Origin: a virus | Direction: 5' to 3' (one strand) | Virus record (IMG/VR): IMGVR_UViG_3300020391_000005 | Location: 20,833-84,832 of that record | Length of the DNA stretch: 64,000 nucleotides | Shown here: piece after piece, positions 12,601 to 21,191 of the stretch | Position numbering within the stretch: the stretch's first letter is position 1 | How the letters are laid out: each line of letters starts with the position of its first letter | Position numbers and translations under genes: made by a program | The notes under the pieces: model-generated | Told to the model about the DNA's origin: nothing | Seen by the model: the letters and a program-made list of their open reading frames with translations, nothing else | Database searches by the model: none

Positions 12601-12895
12601 TGCAGACTCAGATGTTATTGTTTTAGCTGTAAGTGGAGAAGAAGGGCGCTCTTCGGGTCAAAGCTATCTACCAGCTAATAATGTAGCAGCAGTATCAGTT
12701 CAACAAGCAAGGGCTCTTGCCTCTGAGTCTACATCAGATTCTGATTCCAATACTAATCAATCAAATGCTTCTTCGGCGTACTCACCGCCAAGAGCTGCTC
12801 AAAACATCGAAGCGGCTCTCCCTAGAACAAATATTCCAAGGGTTGGTTCAGCTGGAAACAGGAACTTACCCGGACGAGGAGGTTATTCTTTGTGA
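9674..12895 (+). CDS. Large hypothetical virion protein
   Basis: 1073 aa ORF, AGGAG RBS, within the structural cluster; His-containing motif GIYHFH...FMEGP...H; low-complexity C-terminus. Confidence 0.5.
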   Translation: MLSENLGPFPYLTVRSVILDQNETTVNAAITVRDDSPRPFWLNEREFSAFVKIYLIMIPHTELRGRVTDLGPTQLVNYKTRAFAQNNGQDVSAALNWDKEFYDSCDHSIITLTEALDSASDSLVTTSEIDRNVDNLNDLNFTVTIPRTKYNYENEQLVQLDLYALTHLDVKGLVEHYNMTSRSSTIYNLLEIGGNFSVETLLERPSSGPLQVPATKEILAYQDNTIFNGIYHFHPSSSPGPGGYVGFMEGPSDPMHPNAKRLKTITVEYNKVTANFLLDDSLFLSGYNGSRQELEALDYSFLTPYVETRSIYDSADTTLGFQTGLSAGVYDNAEQQNLRKEYFEELARNSDFEIVSKTAGWIHTAEDEDGNIKGSHSLLFEIDWEKIVRVKSKYGFFLDLLRKNPITPSSGVGFVLKTDLRTLLNKVDIKEITIYRTRVSNQPRSNNPVGTADYDTFNLNELPKKLISTRDEYNEEVNKNILIKKQNENCVIAQINLSRPYYKKRTIRLEDKDMFKNISFGNYEYHFEMRIEDKIKGIFMLAASTLQIYAKEYKSFLNAASIPYIERPFFGADSSFIEPGDTIARVGNYIIKSEQYTPAFKSESENTFDYNTRRLINLYIIMSAWIGQYGEDADLQARNRLVQLLENSIIPKKGGNLESAYKFLEACQRLIIEYRRLLDRENVEQIDSFILNSSVDSYAKIGKKHPTKSPGNIEIIKKVIPGTVTAFRKGEIFLSYDMDDVNEVLQRRQTYLDSPVNLDDPLGIRDLLPPSRYLTQLDSENIQMLAQINTMTGGDLQAGMTGIDLSVLENTLTTPPENTSIDLSRGSRQIDNVFGAGGVTVTFPTNEFSLPNDADISRPLTDTKPLDLTSGLSQNLEQGLTDSITREDITQTYTRNSDAFASQANSRTANNILGEVQNALGQSDILESGSPANRRTALPSTTDRLFGQKASRISMVVNRNGPFSETVPLTEEAINSADSDVIVLAVSGEEGRSSGQSYLPANNVAAVSVQQARALASESTSDSDSNTNQSNASSAYSPPRAAQNIEAALPRTNIPRVGSAGNRNLPGRGGYSL

Positions 12896-12929
12896 ATAGT
12901 GCCTATATAAATATAGAGGATTACGATTA

Positions 12930-15620
12930 ATGCCGTTTGAGGAAGAAATATTAAATCCATGTGGCGAACCAGACAACGATAGTGGTACAGACAACAACGA
13001 TGGCGGTGGTGGCGGTACTGGTGGAGAAGTTGATGAATCCACTGATATTATTTTAGAAGAGAAGTTTCTTGTACCAAATCAAACGTTGCAAAACGAAAAT
13101 GGAATTTTAACTTCTGCAGATAGAGAAATAAATTTAATACAACCAAACTTATTTTTTGACACTTCCGGTATGAGTAGACTGTCATTACGTACACAGGATT
13201 ACAGAGAAAAAACAAAATTTCAAATAGCTACAACATCTTCTGCTAGTATAGATCTTTTTAGGGTATGTTTAAACAAACTGTGGTCTTGGACCGGAGTTTC
13301 TGAACAGTGGCTAGAGAATGACACTTTCTTCGGCGAACCTACTACGTACAACCAGCCGAAGGACATTTTTCAATACGAAATATCTAATGAAAGTTTTGAA
13401 AATGGATGGGGCAAATTTTGGCAGAACGATTTAAAAATAGTTTTTAATTCTGAAGATGATAGAGGCAGATTTATAGATATTAATGATTCGACCGGTCAAA
13501 CAAGTTTAAAATTTATAAAGCCATATATGATGACTGAAAATGGTGAACAACAAGGTGTATTTAACGATTATGTTTTTTCTACAGAGCAACCATTTTTCAA
13601 AGAAGAAACCGACAAGATGATGCTATCTCAATTTACTAGTGCCGAAATAAGCGCAGAAGTTGACTATTTTAAAACACTACCAGAAGAAAAACTTGTGTTT
13701 GAGGTTCCAGAAGGAGAAACTGTAGGCGCTTATCAAGTTGAGCCTCTAGAGAGAAGATTAACAAGTTTATATAGATATTACGATAAAACTATTAATGAAG
13801 AAGATTATATATGCTTTGAAGATGGTCACGTTCAAAAATTTACTTGTGATGCTGTAAAGAAATTAAATGAGGCAAATGAATCAGTAGCAAATGTCTTCCC
13901 AGCAAGAGTAAACATATCTATAAATACGCAGCAAGGATCTAGAATATCAACGCTATTAGACACCTATCAAATGGATAAATATGTATTAGAATTTTTGAAT
14001 AGTGATCAAATTGAGGAAAAAGATTTTGTTTTAATTTTAGATGAAACTTTATTCAACAGAGAATATACTCTTAATGGTTTTACATTTGAGGGTGAAAATG
14101 AAAATGATAGAATTGTGAAAGAAGCAAAACAAAGAACTAGTTTAGACTTTCCAGATCCTTTTGGCCCTTCAGGTATATTTTTTAATATTCAAAACACACT
14201 GGAGCCACCAGATGGAGACTTAATTGGTATTGATAGATTAACTTATCCAATACCATTTGAATATGCTTCTAGTAATGAATATGAAATGTTATTGTTTACA
14301 GACACTATTCGATCACAAATATTTAGAAATAAATTTGAATCACTGATAATGACATCTAGAAATATAAGATCCTTTTCAGATATAATGTCTGGTAAAAAAG
14401 CATTTTCAGAAATACTTGGATATAAAATAGAAAAATACAATATTGGAAAAGAAGTTGAAATAATAGAATCTGATAGACCGGTACAAACATTTTATTTAAT
14501 GGATAGTGATGAAATAACAACTATAAACTTTATAGACACACAAGTGAGACCTGGTTCTAAATATATTTATAGAATTTCAACAATTAATTTTGTTTTAGGG
14601 TCTCAATATTATTATTTTCCAAATCCACAAGATCCAACAAAACCACTAGAGTATACTTACCTTGTGCAAACACTTCCACTTGGTAGAATAGTCGAAGCTC
14701 CGTTTTTTGAAAAAGTAGTGAGATTATCAGAAAAACCACCATTATCGCCTCAAGTGTCTTTTCTACCATTTCAAGGTATTGATAATAAAATGCAAATTTT
14801 AATACAATCTAATTTTGGAGAAAGAAAAGAGATACCGATATCAATTTTACCATCAGATCAGGAAATAATTCAAAAGATGCTAGAATCACAACAGACATCT
14901 ACAGATGGATCTTTAGAATATGCAACAGATTCACTGCCAAAAATGTTTCAAGTGTTTAGACTGTCATCTCCACCTGAATCTTATGAAGATTTTAAACAAT
15001 CAGATTTTATTACAGATGTAACTGTATCTGGTAGGTCTTTTTTATTTTTAGATGAAAATTTTCAACCAAATAAAAATTATTACTATATGTTCAGAGCTTT
15101 TGACGAAGTAGGAGTATCAAACCCTACAGATGTTTACAGAGTTAAAATGATTAGCTATGAAAATGGTATATACATGGATTTAGAACAATATGAAATGCGA
15201 CCAAAAGTAGATCCACTAGAAAATATATTATTTCAAAAGCTTCTTAAAATATCACCATCAAATAGACAAATAGGATTGCAGTTTGGGCCAGATGTAAGTT
15301 CTGTAGACTCTAGAGATTTTGCGTTGTCAGCACCAGATATTGAGTCAATCAAGTTAGGTTTAGTTCAAGAAAACTCTGTTTGGGGTAGAAAATTTAGGTT
15401 CAGAATAACATCACAAATATCAGGAAGAAAGATGGATATTAATGTTAGGTTTAATAAAGTTAAACAGACTATAAGCGATTTAGAACAAAACCCTAGCGAT
15501 CCAACTGATCCGTGTTCAGGTACAGATGCCTTTGATGCGAAGACTCAAAGAGCTTTGTCTAGTGGTACTTTTGATGGTTCTATGGGTTCTGGAGAAGATT
15601 CTGGTGGCGCGTTTTATTAA
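12930..15620 (+). CDS. Hypothetical virion protein with FN3/Ig-like segments
   Basis: 896 aa acidic ORF; FIDTQVRPGSKYIYRI and FLDENFQPNKNYYYMFRAFD resemble fibronectin type III strands; GAGGA RBS. Confidence 0.5.
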   Translation: MPFEEEILNPCGEPDNDSGTDNNDGGGGGTGGEVDESTDIILEEKFLVPNQTLQNENGILTSADREINLIQPNLFFDTSGMSRLSLRTQDYREKTKFQIATTSSASIDLFRVCLNKLWSWTGVSEQWLENDTFFGEPTTYNQPKDIFQYEISNESFENGWGKFWQNDLKIVFNSEDDRGRFIDINDSTGQTSLKFIKPYMMTENGEQQGVFNDYVFSTEQPFFKEETDKMMLSQFTSAEISAEVDYFKTLPEEKLVFEVPEGETVGAYQVEPLERRLTSLYRYYDKTINEEDYICFEDGHVQKFTCDAVKKLNEANESVANVFPARVNISINTQQGSRISTLLDTYQMDKYVLEFLNSDQIEEKDFVLILDETLFNREYTLNGFTFEGENENDRIVKEAKQRTSLDFPDPFGPSGIFFNIQNTLEPPDGDLIGIDRLTYPIPFEYASSNEYEMLLFTDTIRSQIFRNKFESLIMTSRNIRSFSDIMSGKKAFSEILGYKIEKYNIGKEVEIIESDRPVQTFYLMDSDEITTINFIDTQVRPGSKYIYRISTINFVLGSQYYYFPNPQDPTKPLEYTYLVQTLPLGRIVEAPFFEKVVRLSEKPPLSPQVSFLPFQGIDNKMQILIQSNFGERKEIPISILPSDQEIIQKMLESQQTSTDGSLEYATDSLPKMFQVFRLSSPPESYEDFKQSDFITDVTVSGRSFLFLDENFQPNKNYYYMFRAFDEVGVSNPTDVYRVKMISYENGIYMDLEQYEMRPKVDPLENILFQKLLKISPSNRQIGLQFGPDVSSVDSRDFALSAPDIESIKLGLVQENSVWGRKFRFRITSQISGRKMDINVRFNKVKQTISDLEQNPSDPTDPCSGTDAFDAKTQRALSSGTFDGSMGSGEDSGGAFY

Positions 15621-15686
15621 TATAAAAAAGAATTAATGAAACGAAAATACTATTTATTATTGATTTAAATACATAAGGAGCAAAAC

Positions 15687-16670
15687 ATGGCTTTTCTAGA
15701 CAACTCAGGAGACATAATCTTAGATGCAGTTCTAACCGATGCAGGTCGACAAAGAATGGCAAGAGGTGAATTTAAGATTGTTAAGTTTGCGTTAAGTGAC
15801 GAAGAAATAAATTATACAACATACAATTCAAATCACCCCAGCGGTTCAGCTTTTTCAGACTTAGAAATAATGCAAACACCAGTATTAGAAGCGTTCACTA
15901 ATAACACTTCTTTAATGAAAACCAAACTAATATCAATAAATAGAAATAATATTTTATATCTACCTCTCTTGAGACTTAACAACTTACGTCCTGGAACAAA
16001 AACTTTTGGTACTTTCAATGGCTTTTATTTATTAGCTGACGAAGCAACACGGAACGCTGTAGGTGCAACCAACCCTTCTGATGGGGTTATAGACGGTACA
16101 GGTAATAATACCTTTAATAACCTAAAGCGTTATATTTCAATAGAGCAAGGTATAGAGTCTGGTGGAGAGCCACCTAGAACAACAGATATGCCGGACGACT
16201 TAGTAGAAACAGCTTTTTTGATAAGAATAGATCACAGACTATTAAGGCTAAAAGGATACAACGGAGTGGGTTATGATACAAAAACAAACTCTTTTGTTGA
16301 TGATGATGCAATAGCTTCTTACTATATAGGGCTAGATGATAGTTCAATCGAATTGCCTGAAATTCGTAGAGCTGACTTTGTAGATGGAAATGGAGCGGAG
16401 AACACTTCAGCAACTTCACTAGAGATGTTTAACGGTCCGATTGGTACGACTGTAAGGTTAGCTTTGGAAACCTCAATAAATGTAAAACAATCAACAGCCC
16501 TATTTAATGAACTAGGAACAACACCCAGCCCAGGAACTCTAGATTTAAATAACGATGGTGCAAATGAAATTGCAACGCATTCATTTATTGATACTGTGCT
16601 AAACGTTGTGGGAGTCACAACAGGATATTCGATAGATATACCAATAAGAATTATAAAAAAGTTAACATAA
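15687..16670 (+). CDS. Putative baseplate/tail structural protein
   Basis: AGGAG RBS, late-type motif at 15649; N-terminal LDAVLTDAGRQRMARG...FALSDEEINY. Confidence 0.55.
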   Translation: MAFLDNSGDIILDAVLTDAGRQRMARGEFKIVKFALSDEEINYTTYNSNHPSGSAFSDLEIMQTPVLEAFTNNTSLMKTKLISINRNNILYLPLLRLNNLRPGTKTFGTFNGFYLLADEATRNAVGATNPSDGVIDGTGNNTFNNLKRYISIEQGIESGGEPPRTTDMPDDLVETAFLIRIDHRLLRLKGYNGVGYDTKTNSFVDDDAIASYYIGLDDSSIELPEIRRADFVDGNGAENTSATSLEMFNGPIGTTVRLALETSINVKQSTALFNELGTTPSPGTLDLNNDGANEIATHSFIDTVLNVVGVTTGYSIDIPIRIIKKLT

Positions 16671-16684
16671 ACTAGGAGATTACA

Positions 16685-17755
16685 ATGTCAGCAGGTACAT
16701 TTTTTAAAACATTTAGCAACTCGGATAAGACAACAACAAGAACACTTTTGCATGAATCAATACCGATTACAGGAACTTTAGTATCAGGAACTTATGCCGT
16801 ATCATCAGATAGAAACGTAAACACTAAAACTTACTCACATGGAATGTTTCAATCCCAGTACGATTATCCATTTTTAAGTTCATCTGCAAATCACCTATTT
16901 GATGTTACTGTCGGTGTATCATCAGTGACAGGTGCAGGGGCAGGTCTAGACTCTTTATCAGGCTCAATAACAAATCAGCGGTCTAAGAAAGTAAATGTGT
17001 ATTCGCAAATGGCACAGGTATTGGCAGGGTATGACACTTCTGGTAATGTTAGGTCTTTTGATGCAGATGGAGATTATTCTTCCGCCGGCGGCCATGAAAA
17101 TGCTATATTTATTAATTTTTCTAGACTTCTTGTAAAAGATGAAATTAAAAAAGGATCTTTTTCGATGGTAATATCGCAGGAATTTGGTCTAGGGAACCCT
17201 GTTACAGCATCGGCAAGTTTGAGAACCATTACAGATGCTGGTTCAGCGACATCCTATAAAGTAAACTCACCAGCCGGCGAATACGGAATTTTGAAGAGTG
17301 GATCTGCCAATGTAGGTTTAATTTATTATCAGGCAGGAGTAGCAGTTTTAACATCGTCAATATTTATTCCGGAAGCGGCCGGCGTAGATCCTCAAATATC
17401 AACCGCAGGAGGTATGCAAGCTACACTAAAAGCATCAACCATTGATACTGCTTGTGATGGAATAAGGAACAGAATATCTAACATATCTTTCAACAATACA
17501 ACAGAGCTTAACTCTTCAATTTATTTTTGTAGAGCAAATCACAATGAATTTAATTACAGTTCTAATCCGACATATCTAGATGGATCATCAATAAGAGTTA
17601 AGGGTAATGACCGCCTAGCGCCACCTAGATCGTATGTCACTACAGTTGGGCTATATTCAGCTGATAATGAATTGTTGGCAGTTGCGAAATTATCTGAGCC
17701 CTTGAGAAAAGATCCAACTAACGAATTAACATTGAGGGTCCGCTTGGATTATTAA
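16685..17755 (+). CDS. Putative baseplate/tail-collar structural protein
   Basis: C-terminal FNYSSNPTY...YVTTVGLYSADNELLAVAKLSEPLRKD...VRLDY, shared with the next gene. Confidence 0.55.
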   Translation: MSAGTFFKTFSNSDKTTTRTLLHESIPITGTLVSGTYAVSSDRNVNTKTYSHGMFQSQYDYPFLSSSANHLFDVTVGVSSVTGAGAGLDSLSGSITNQRSKKVNVYSQMAQVLAGYDTSGNVRSFDADGDYSSAGGHENAIFINFSRLLVKDEIKKGSFSMVISQEFGLGNPVTASASLRTITDAGSATSYKVNSPAGEYGILKSGSANVGLIYYQAGVAVLTSSIFIPEAAGVDPQISTAGGMQATLKASTIDTACDGIRNRISNISFNNTTELNSSIYFCRANHNEFNYSSNPTYLDGSSIRVKGNDRLAPPRSYVTTVGLYSADNELLAVAKLSEPLRKDPTNELTLRVRLDY

Positions 17756-17756
17756 A

Positions 17757-18977
17757 ATGACATTCAAGAAGTTTTATAAGGATGATATTTTTTACAATAC
17801 GATTGTAACGCATCCTGAGTTTGAATTCTTTGTACACAATCAAAAAGTCTATATTAATAGAGAATCTGAAGTAAATGGTGACTTTTCCAACAAAGTCAAC
17901 CATGTAACACAAGGTCACATCTCTTTACACGAAATAAATGTTAATAGACCAAGTAATAGCCTTGTTACGCCGTTTATTACAAAAGACGGTACTCGAACAG
18001 CTTTCAGAACAGTAACGACATCTAATTTTCAAGACTCATCACAATTTAGCTTTGGAGATACAATAACCGGTAAGTATCCTTTATCATCTAGTATAGGAAG
18101 AATTTTTGTCCCCGCAGGTCAAGAATCTACATCAATTAGTGGATACCCAGGACCTAATCCAGCAGAAGTTGCAGCCGCGGCAAATAAAAAATATATTAGA
18201 GCCTTAAAAAATCCTATAGAACTTAGCGGAGAAATTAATTCAGAATTTAAATATGAAAACCTAGGAACTAAGCAAGTTAATATTATTTCAATACCTTCAA
18301 TATTTTATGGGTCTTCTGTGAAAAGAGGATCATTGCAGCTTGATTTTTATGTAACAGGGACACTAACGGCACAATTAAAAGATGATAAAAAAGATGGAAG
18401 ATTGATGCAAACATATGGAACTAATTCCGGCTCATGCGCAGGAATAGTTTTATACGATTATGGAACGTGTGTCTTAACAGGATCTTGGTCTTTACATGAT
18501 TCTCACGTTGATAATTATTTTGACGCATCATCTACGGTACCACCTTCTTGGTTGAGTTTTGGATCTGGCATAATAGAGCCAGGACTAGATTCAACTAAAT
18601 CAGGTCAAGTTGCTAGTGCTAATTCTGCATACTTAGTTAAATTAGATGGCACAAACAAAATTCCGACTGTAACGATGCTGGCACATGCTAATAAGATGGA
18701 ACTTAATTACTCTACAAATCCCACTTTTGTAGATTACGATAATCAACTAACAGCTAGTATTGACTCTATATCATATAATGAAAAACCTGGATTAATCAAA
18801 AATATTACAAAAACAAAATATGGAAATCATATAGAAGATTTTCAAAATACAACGTACATATCAAAGATAGGAATTTATGATGAATATAAAAATCTAATAG
18901 CCATAGCACATCTTGCTAATCCTGTTAAAAAAACAGAAGTTCAAGATTATTTATTTAAACTTAAATTGGATTTCTAA
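17757..18977 (+). CDS. Putative baseplate/tail-collar structural protein, paralog of 16685..17755
   Basis: C-terminal LNYSTNPTF...YISKIGIYDEYKNLIAIAHLANPVKK...KLDF. Confidence 0.55.
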   Translation: MTFKKFYKDDIFYNTIVTHPEFEFFVHNQKVYINRESEVNGDFSNKVNHVTQGHISLHEINVNRPSNSLVTPFITKDGTRTAFRTVTTSNFQDSSQFSFGDTITGKYPLSSSIGRIFVPAGQESTSISGYPGPNPAEVAAAANKKYIRALKNPIELSGEINSEFKYENLGTKQVNIISIPSIFYGSSVKRGSLQLDFYVTGTLTAQLKDDKKDGRLMQTYGTNSGSCAGIVLYDYGTCVLTGSWSLHDSHVDNYFDASSTVPPSWLSFGSGIIEPGLDSTKSGQVASANSAYLVKLDGTNKIPTVTMLAHANKMELNYSTNPTFVDYDNQLTASIDSISYNEKPGLIKNITKTKYGNHIEDFQNTTYISKIGIYDEYKNLIAIAHLANPVKKTEVQDYLFKLKLDF

Positions 18978-18989
18978 TAAAATATATTT

Positions 18990-19538
18990 ATGATTAAAAA
19001 ACAAACTGTACTTGGACTTGACATATCAACTTCTATCACAGGTGCCACGGTAATACAAGAGGGTAAAATTTTAAAAACAGAGTTTTGGGATACTAGAAAT
19101 AAAAACAAGTTTCCTACTTTTTATGAAAAAGCAAAATTTATTAAACAAAAAATCTTGACAGTAAAAGGTAATCATAATATAAACAGTATATATATTGAAC
19201 AATCTTTACATTCTTTTAGGTCAGGCTTTTCTTCTGCTCAGACATTATCAACATTATCTAGGTTTAATGGTGTTGTATCGTGGTTCTGTTATGAGTTGTT
19301 CGGTATTCAGCCTGAAATGATCGCCGCCACCTCCGCTCGTAAACAAGCAGGCGTGGCTATCAAACGCGGTGATAATGCAAAAGAAAAGGTTCTACAATTT
19401 ATTATTGACAAATACCCTGATATTGATATACAATATACAAAGCATGGAAATCCAAAACCAGGCACATTAGATATGTGCGATAGTATTGTAATCGCGTTAG
19501 CAGGAGATAAACTTGTCAGAGAAGCTCAAACTACTTAA
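18990..19538 (+). CDS. ruvC: RuvC-like Holliday junction resolvase
   Basis: RNase H-fold acidic motifs VLGLDISTSITG, IYIEQ, DMCDSIVIA. Confidence 0.8.
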   Translation: MIKKQTVLGLDISTSITGATVIQEGKILKTEFWDTRNKNKFPTFYEKAKFIKQKILTVKGNHNINSIYIEQSLHSFRSGFSSAQTLSTLSRFNGVVSWFCYELFGIQPEMIAATSARKQAGVAIKRGDNAKEKVLQFIIDKYPDIDIQYTKHGNPKPGTLDMCDSIVIALAGDKLVREAQTT

Positions 19539-20430
19539 GAAAGCCTTAGGCCGTTGTTGGTCTAATGATGACGAGCATCAGTTTCACTGCCCAAAGTGTA
19601 ATCACCACAAACTAAAATTATCAGTCAACATAGAAAAGGATGTGTTCAAGTGTTGGATATGTGATTACTCTGGCACAAAGATATCTCCGCTTATCCGCAG
19701 GTATGCACCAGCTTACTATGCAGACTGGCGTAGTCTTGCAGGTGAAGTGGACCTGTCAAAATATGACACTATCTTCGCAGAACATGTACCAGAGCCGCCA
19801 CAGATCATTGACTTACCAGAAAACTTTCAAACACTAACAGGCAAAAAGACAAGACTTAAGCGCCGCGCTTTGGAATATCTTTACTTCCGAGGGTTTACAG
19901 ACAGAGACATACTAACTTGGAAAATCGGCTTTTGTGACTATGGAGAGTATCATGATAGGATTATCATCCCGAGCTTTGATGATGATGGTAACGTTAACTT
20001 CTTTGTGGCCAGATCATATACGGACGACTGGATGAAATACAAGAACCCAAGAGTCAGCAAAGATATTATCTTCAATGACCTAAACATCGACTGGGACGAT
20101 GATGTAATCTTGGCCGAAGGTGTGTTCGATGCAATGAAGTGTAAGAACGCTGTACCCTTACTTGGGTCGACCTTGCGAGAGAACTCAAGGCTATTCCAAA
20201 AGATATGTGAACGCAAACCAGATGTATACTTGGCCCTAGACGAAGATGTCAAAGGAAAAGAGTTCGGGATAGCAAAGAAACTAAGAGAATATGGTATAAA
20301 GGTTATGTCTATTGATGTCAGCGGCTATTCAGACATCGGAGAGATGCCACAAGAGGTGGTAGAACAGAGAAAACAAAATGCGGATATTGTATCCGATTTA
20401 GACTATTTACATTATAAATTAGATTTTTAG
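19513..20430 (+). CDS. DNA primase (zinc finger + TOPRIM)
   Basis: CPKC...CWIC zinc finger; RIIIP...ARS; TOPRIM LAEGVFDA and ALDED; TTG start after AGGAG. Confidence 0.85.
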   Translation: MSEKLKLLKKALGRCWSNDDEHQFHCPKCNHHKLKLSVNIEKDVFKCWICDYSGTKISPLIRRYAPAYYADWRSLAGEVDLSKYDTIFAEHVPEPPQIIDLPENFQTLTGKKTRLKRRALEYLYFRGFTDRDILTWKIGFCDYGEYHDRIIIPSFDDDGNVNFFVARSYTDDWMKYKNPRVSKDIIFNDLNIDWDDDVILAEGVFDAMKCKNAVPLLGSTLRENSRLFQKICERKPDVYLALDEDVKGKEFGIAKKLREYGIKVMSIDVSGYSDIGEMPQEVVEQRKQNADIVSDLDYLHYKLDF

Positions 20431-20440
20431 GAGCACAATA

Positions 20441-20638
20441 ATGAAAAAATCAGAACTTAGAAAAATAATCGCAGAAGAAGTAAAGACAGTTATCAACGAA
20501 GATATTGGTAAATTATTTGATTTGTCTACCAAAGCAGGAGACAATGCTGCGAAGAACCCACCGCTTGCCATAGGCCAGTTAGTACAGGTGCTTCAAGGTG
20601 TTTTACAAGAACTATCAACACTAAAAGGAGCACAATAA
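20441..20638 (+). CDS. Small hypothetical protein with MKKSELRKIIAEE leader
   Basis: 65 aa; RBS AGGAGCACAATAATG; late-type motif ACTATTTAC at 20402. Confidence 0.7.
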   Translation: MKKSELRKIIAEEVKTVINEDIGKLFDLSTKAGDNAAKNPPLAIGQLVQVLQGVLQELSTLKGAQ

Positions 20639-20808
20639 TGGAACTTACTAAAAGAAGACTAAAAGAAATCATCGCAGAAGAGATGAACCACTTAGCAGAA
20701 ACAGGTGACCTCAACATGATCACCGAAGCAGAAAAGAAAGCATTCGCTATCATTCTTGAAAAGCTTACGCCAAAACAACTGGAAGATCTCGGCCTTAAGA
20801 GGCTGTAA
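20638..20808 (+). CDS. Small hypothetical protein, 56 aa (not in ORF track): MELTKRRLKEIIAEEMNHLAETGDLNMITEAEKKAFAIILEKLTPKQLEDLGLKRL
   Basis: Hand-translated; TAATG stop/start overlaps at both ends; same AGGAGCACAATAATG RBS as the preceding gene. Confidence 0.75.
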   Translation: MELTKRRLKEIIAEEMNHLAETGDLNMITEAEKKAFAIILEKLTPKQLEDLGLKRL

Positions 20809-21131
20809 TGATATCTTTAACAGAATTAGCAGCACAAAAGATTATAGAGATTTTTGATTCTCTAGATAATAAACCTGTTGGAATCCAAGCAGGTGTTAAA
20901 GGCGGTGGATGTTCCGGTTTTAGTTATTATCTAGATTATGTACATGAGCATAGGGAAGATTTTAAAATGTTTGATTCTAACGGCGTCAAAGTTTATATGG
21001 ACCATAAAAGTTTTTTATATCTAATGGGCACTGAAATAGATTTTGAAGATGGTCTTTCTGGTGCCGGATTTAAATTTGTTAACCCTAACGCAAAAAGAAC
21101 TTGCGGATGCGGAGAAAGTTTTAGTATTTAG
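20808..21131 (+). CDS. iscA: A-type Fe-S cluster carrier protein (IscA/ErpA/HesB family)
   Basis: ISLTE.A, GVKGGGCSGFSY, L.GTEIDF, FKFVNPNAKRTCGCGESF with all three conserved Cys. Confidence 0.93.
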   Translation: MISLTELAAQKIIEIFDSLDNKPVGIQAGVKGGGCSGFSYYLDYVHEHREDFKMFDSNGVKVYMDHKSFLYLMGTEIDFEDGLSGAGFKFVNPNAKRTCGCGESFSI

Positions 21132-21132
21132 C

Positions 21133-21161
21133 TTGACATACCTAAAATATTTTGATAAACT
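21133..21161 (+). promoter_or_regulatory. Sigma70-type (early/middle) promoter
   Basis: TTGACA-17 nt-TAAACT with extended TGn, 30 nt upstream of the nuclease gene. Confidence 0.7.
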
Positions 21162-21191
21162 TATATTACAATAACCATTTACGGAGAATAA

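Noticed and set aside
12906-12913. T4-type late promoter TATAAATA (also at 62595)
   Set aside because: Only two copies noticed in AT-rich DNA, one before a replication gene; CTATTTA fits the late genes better.
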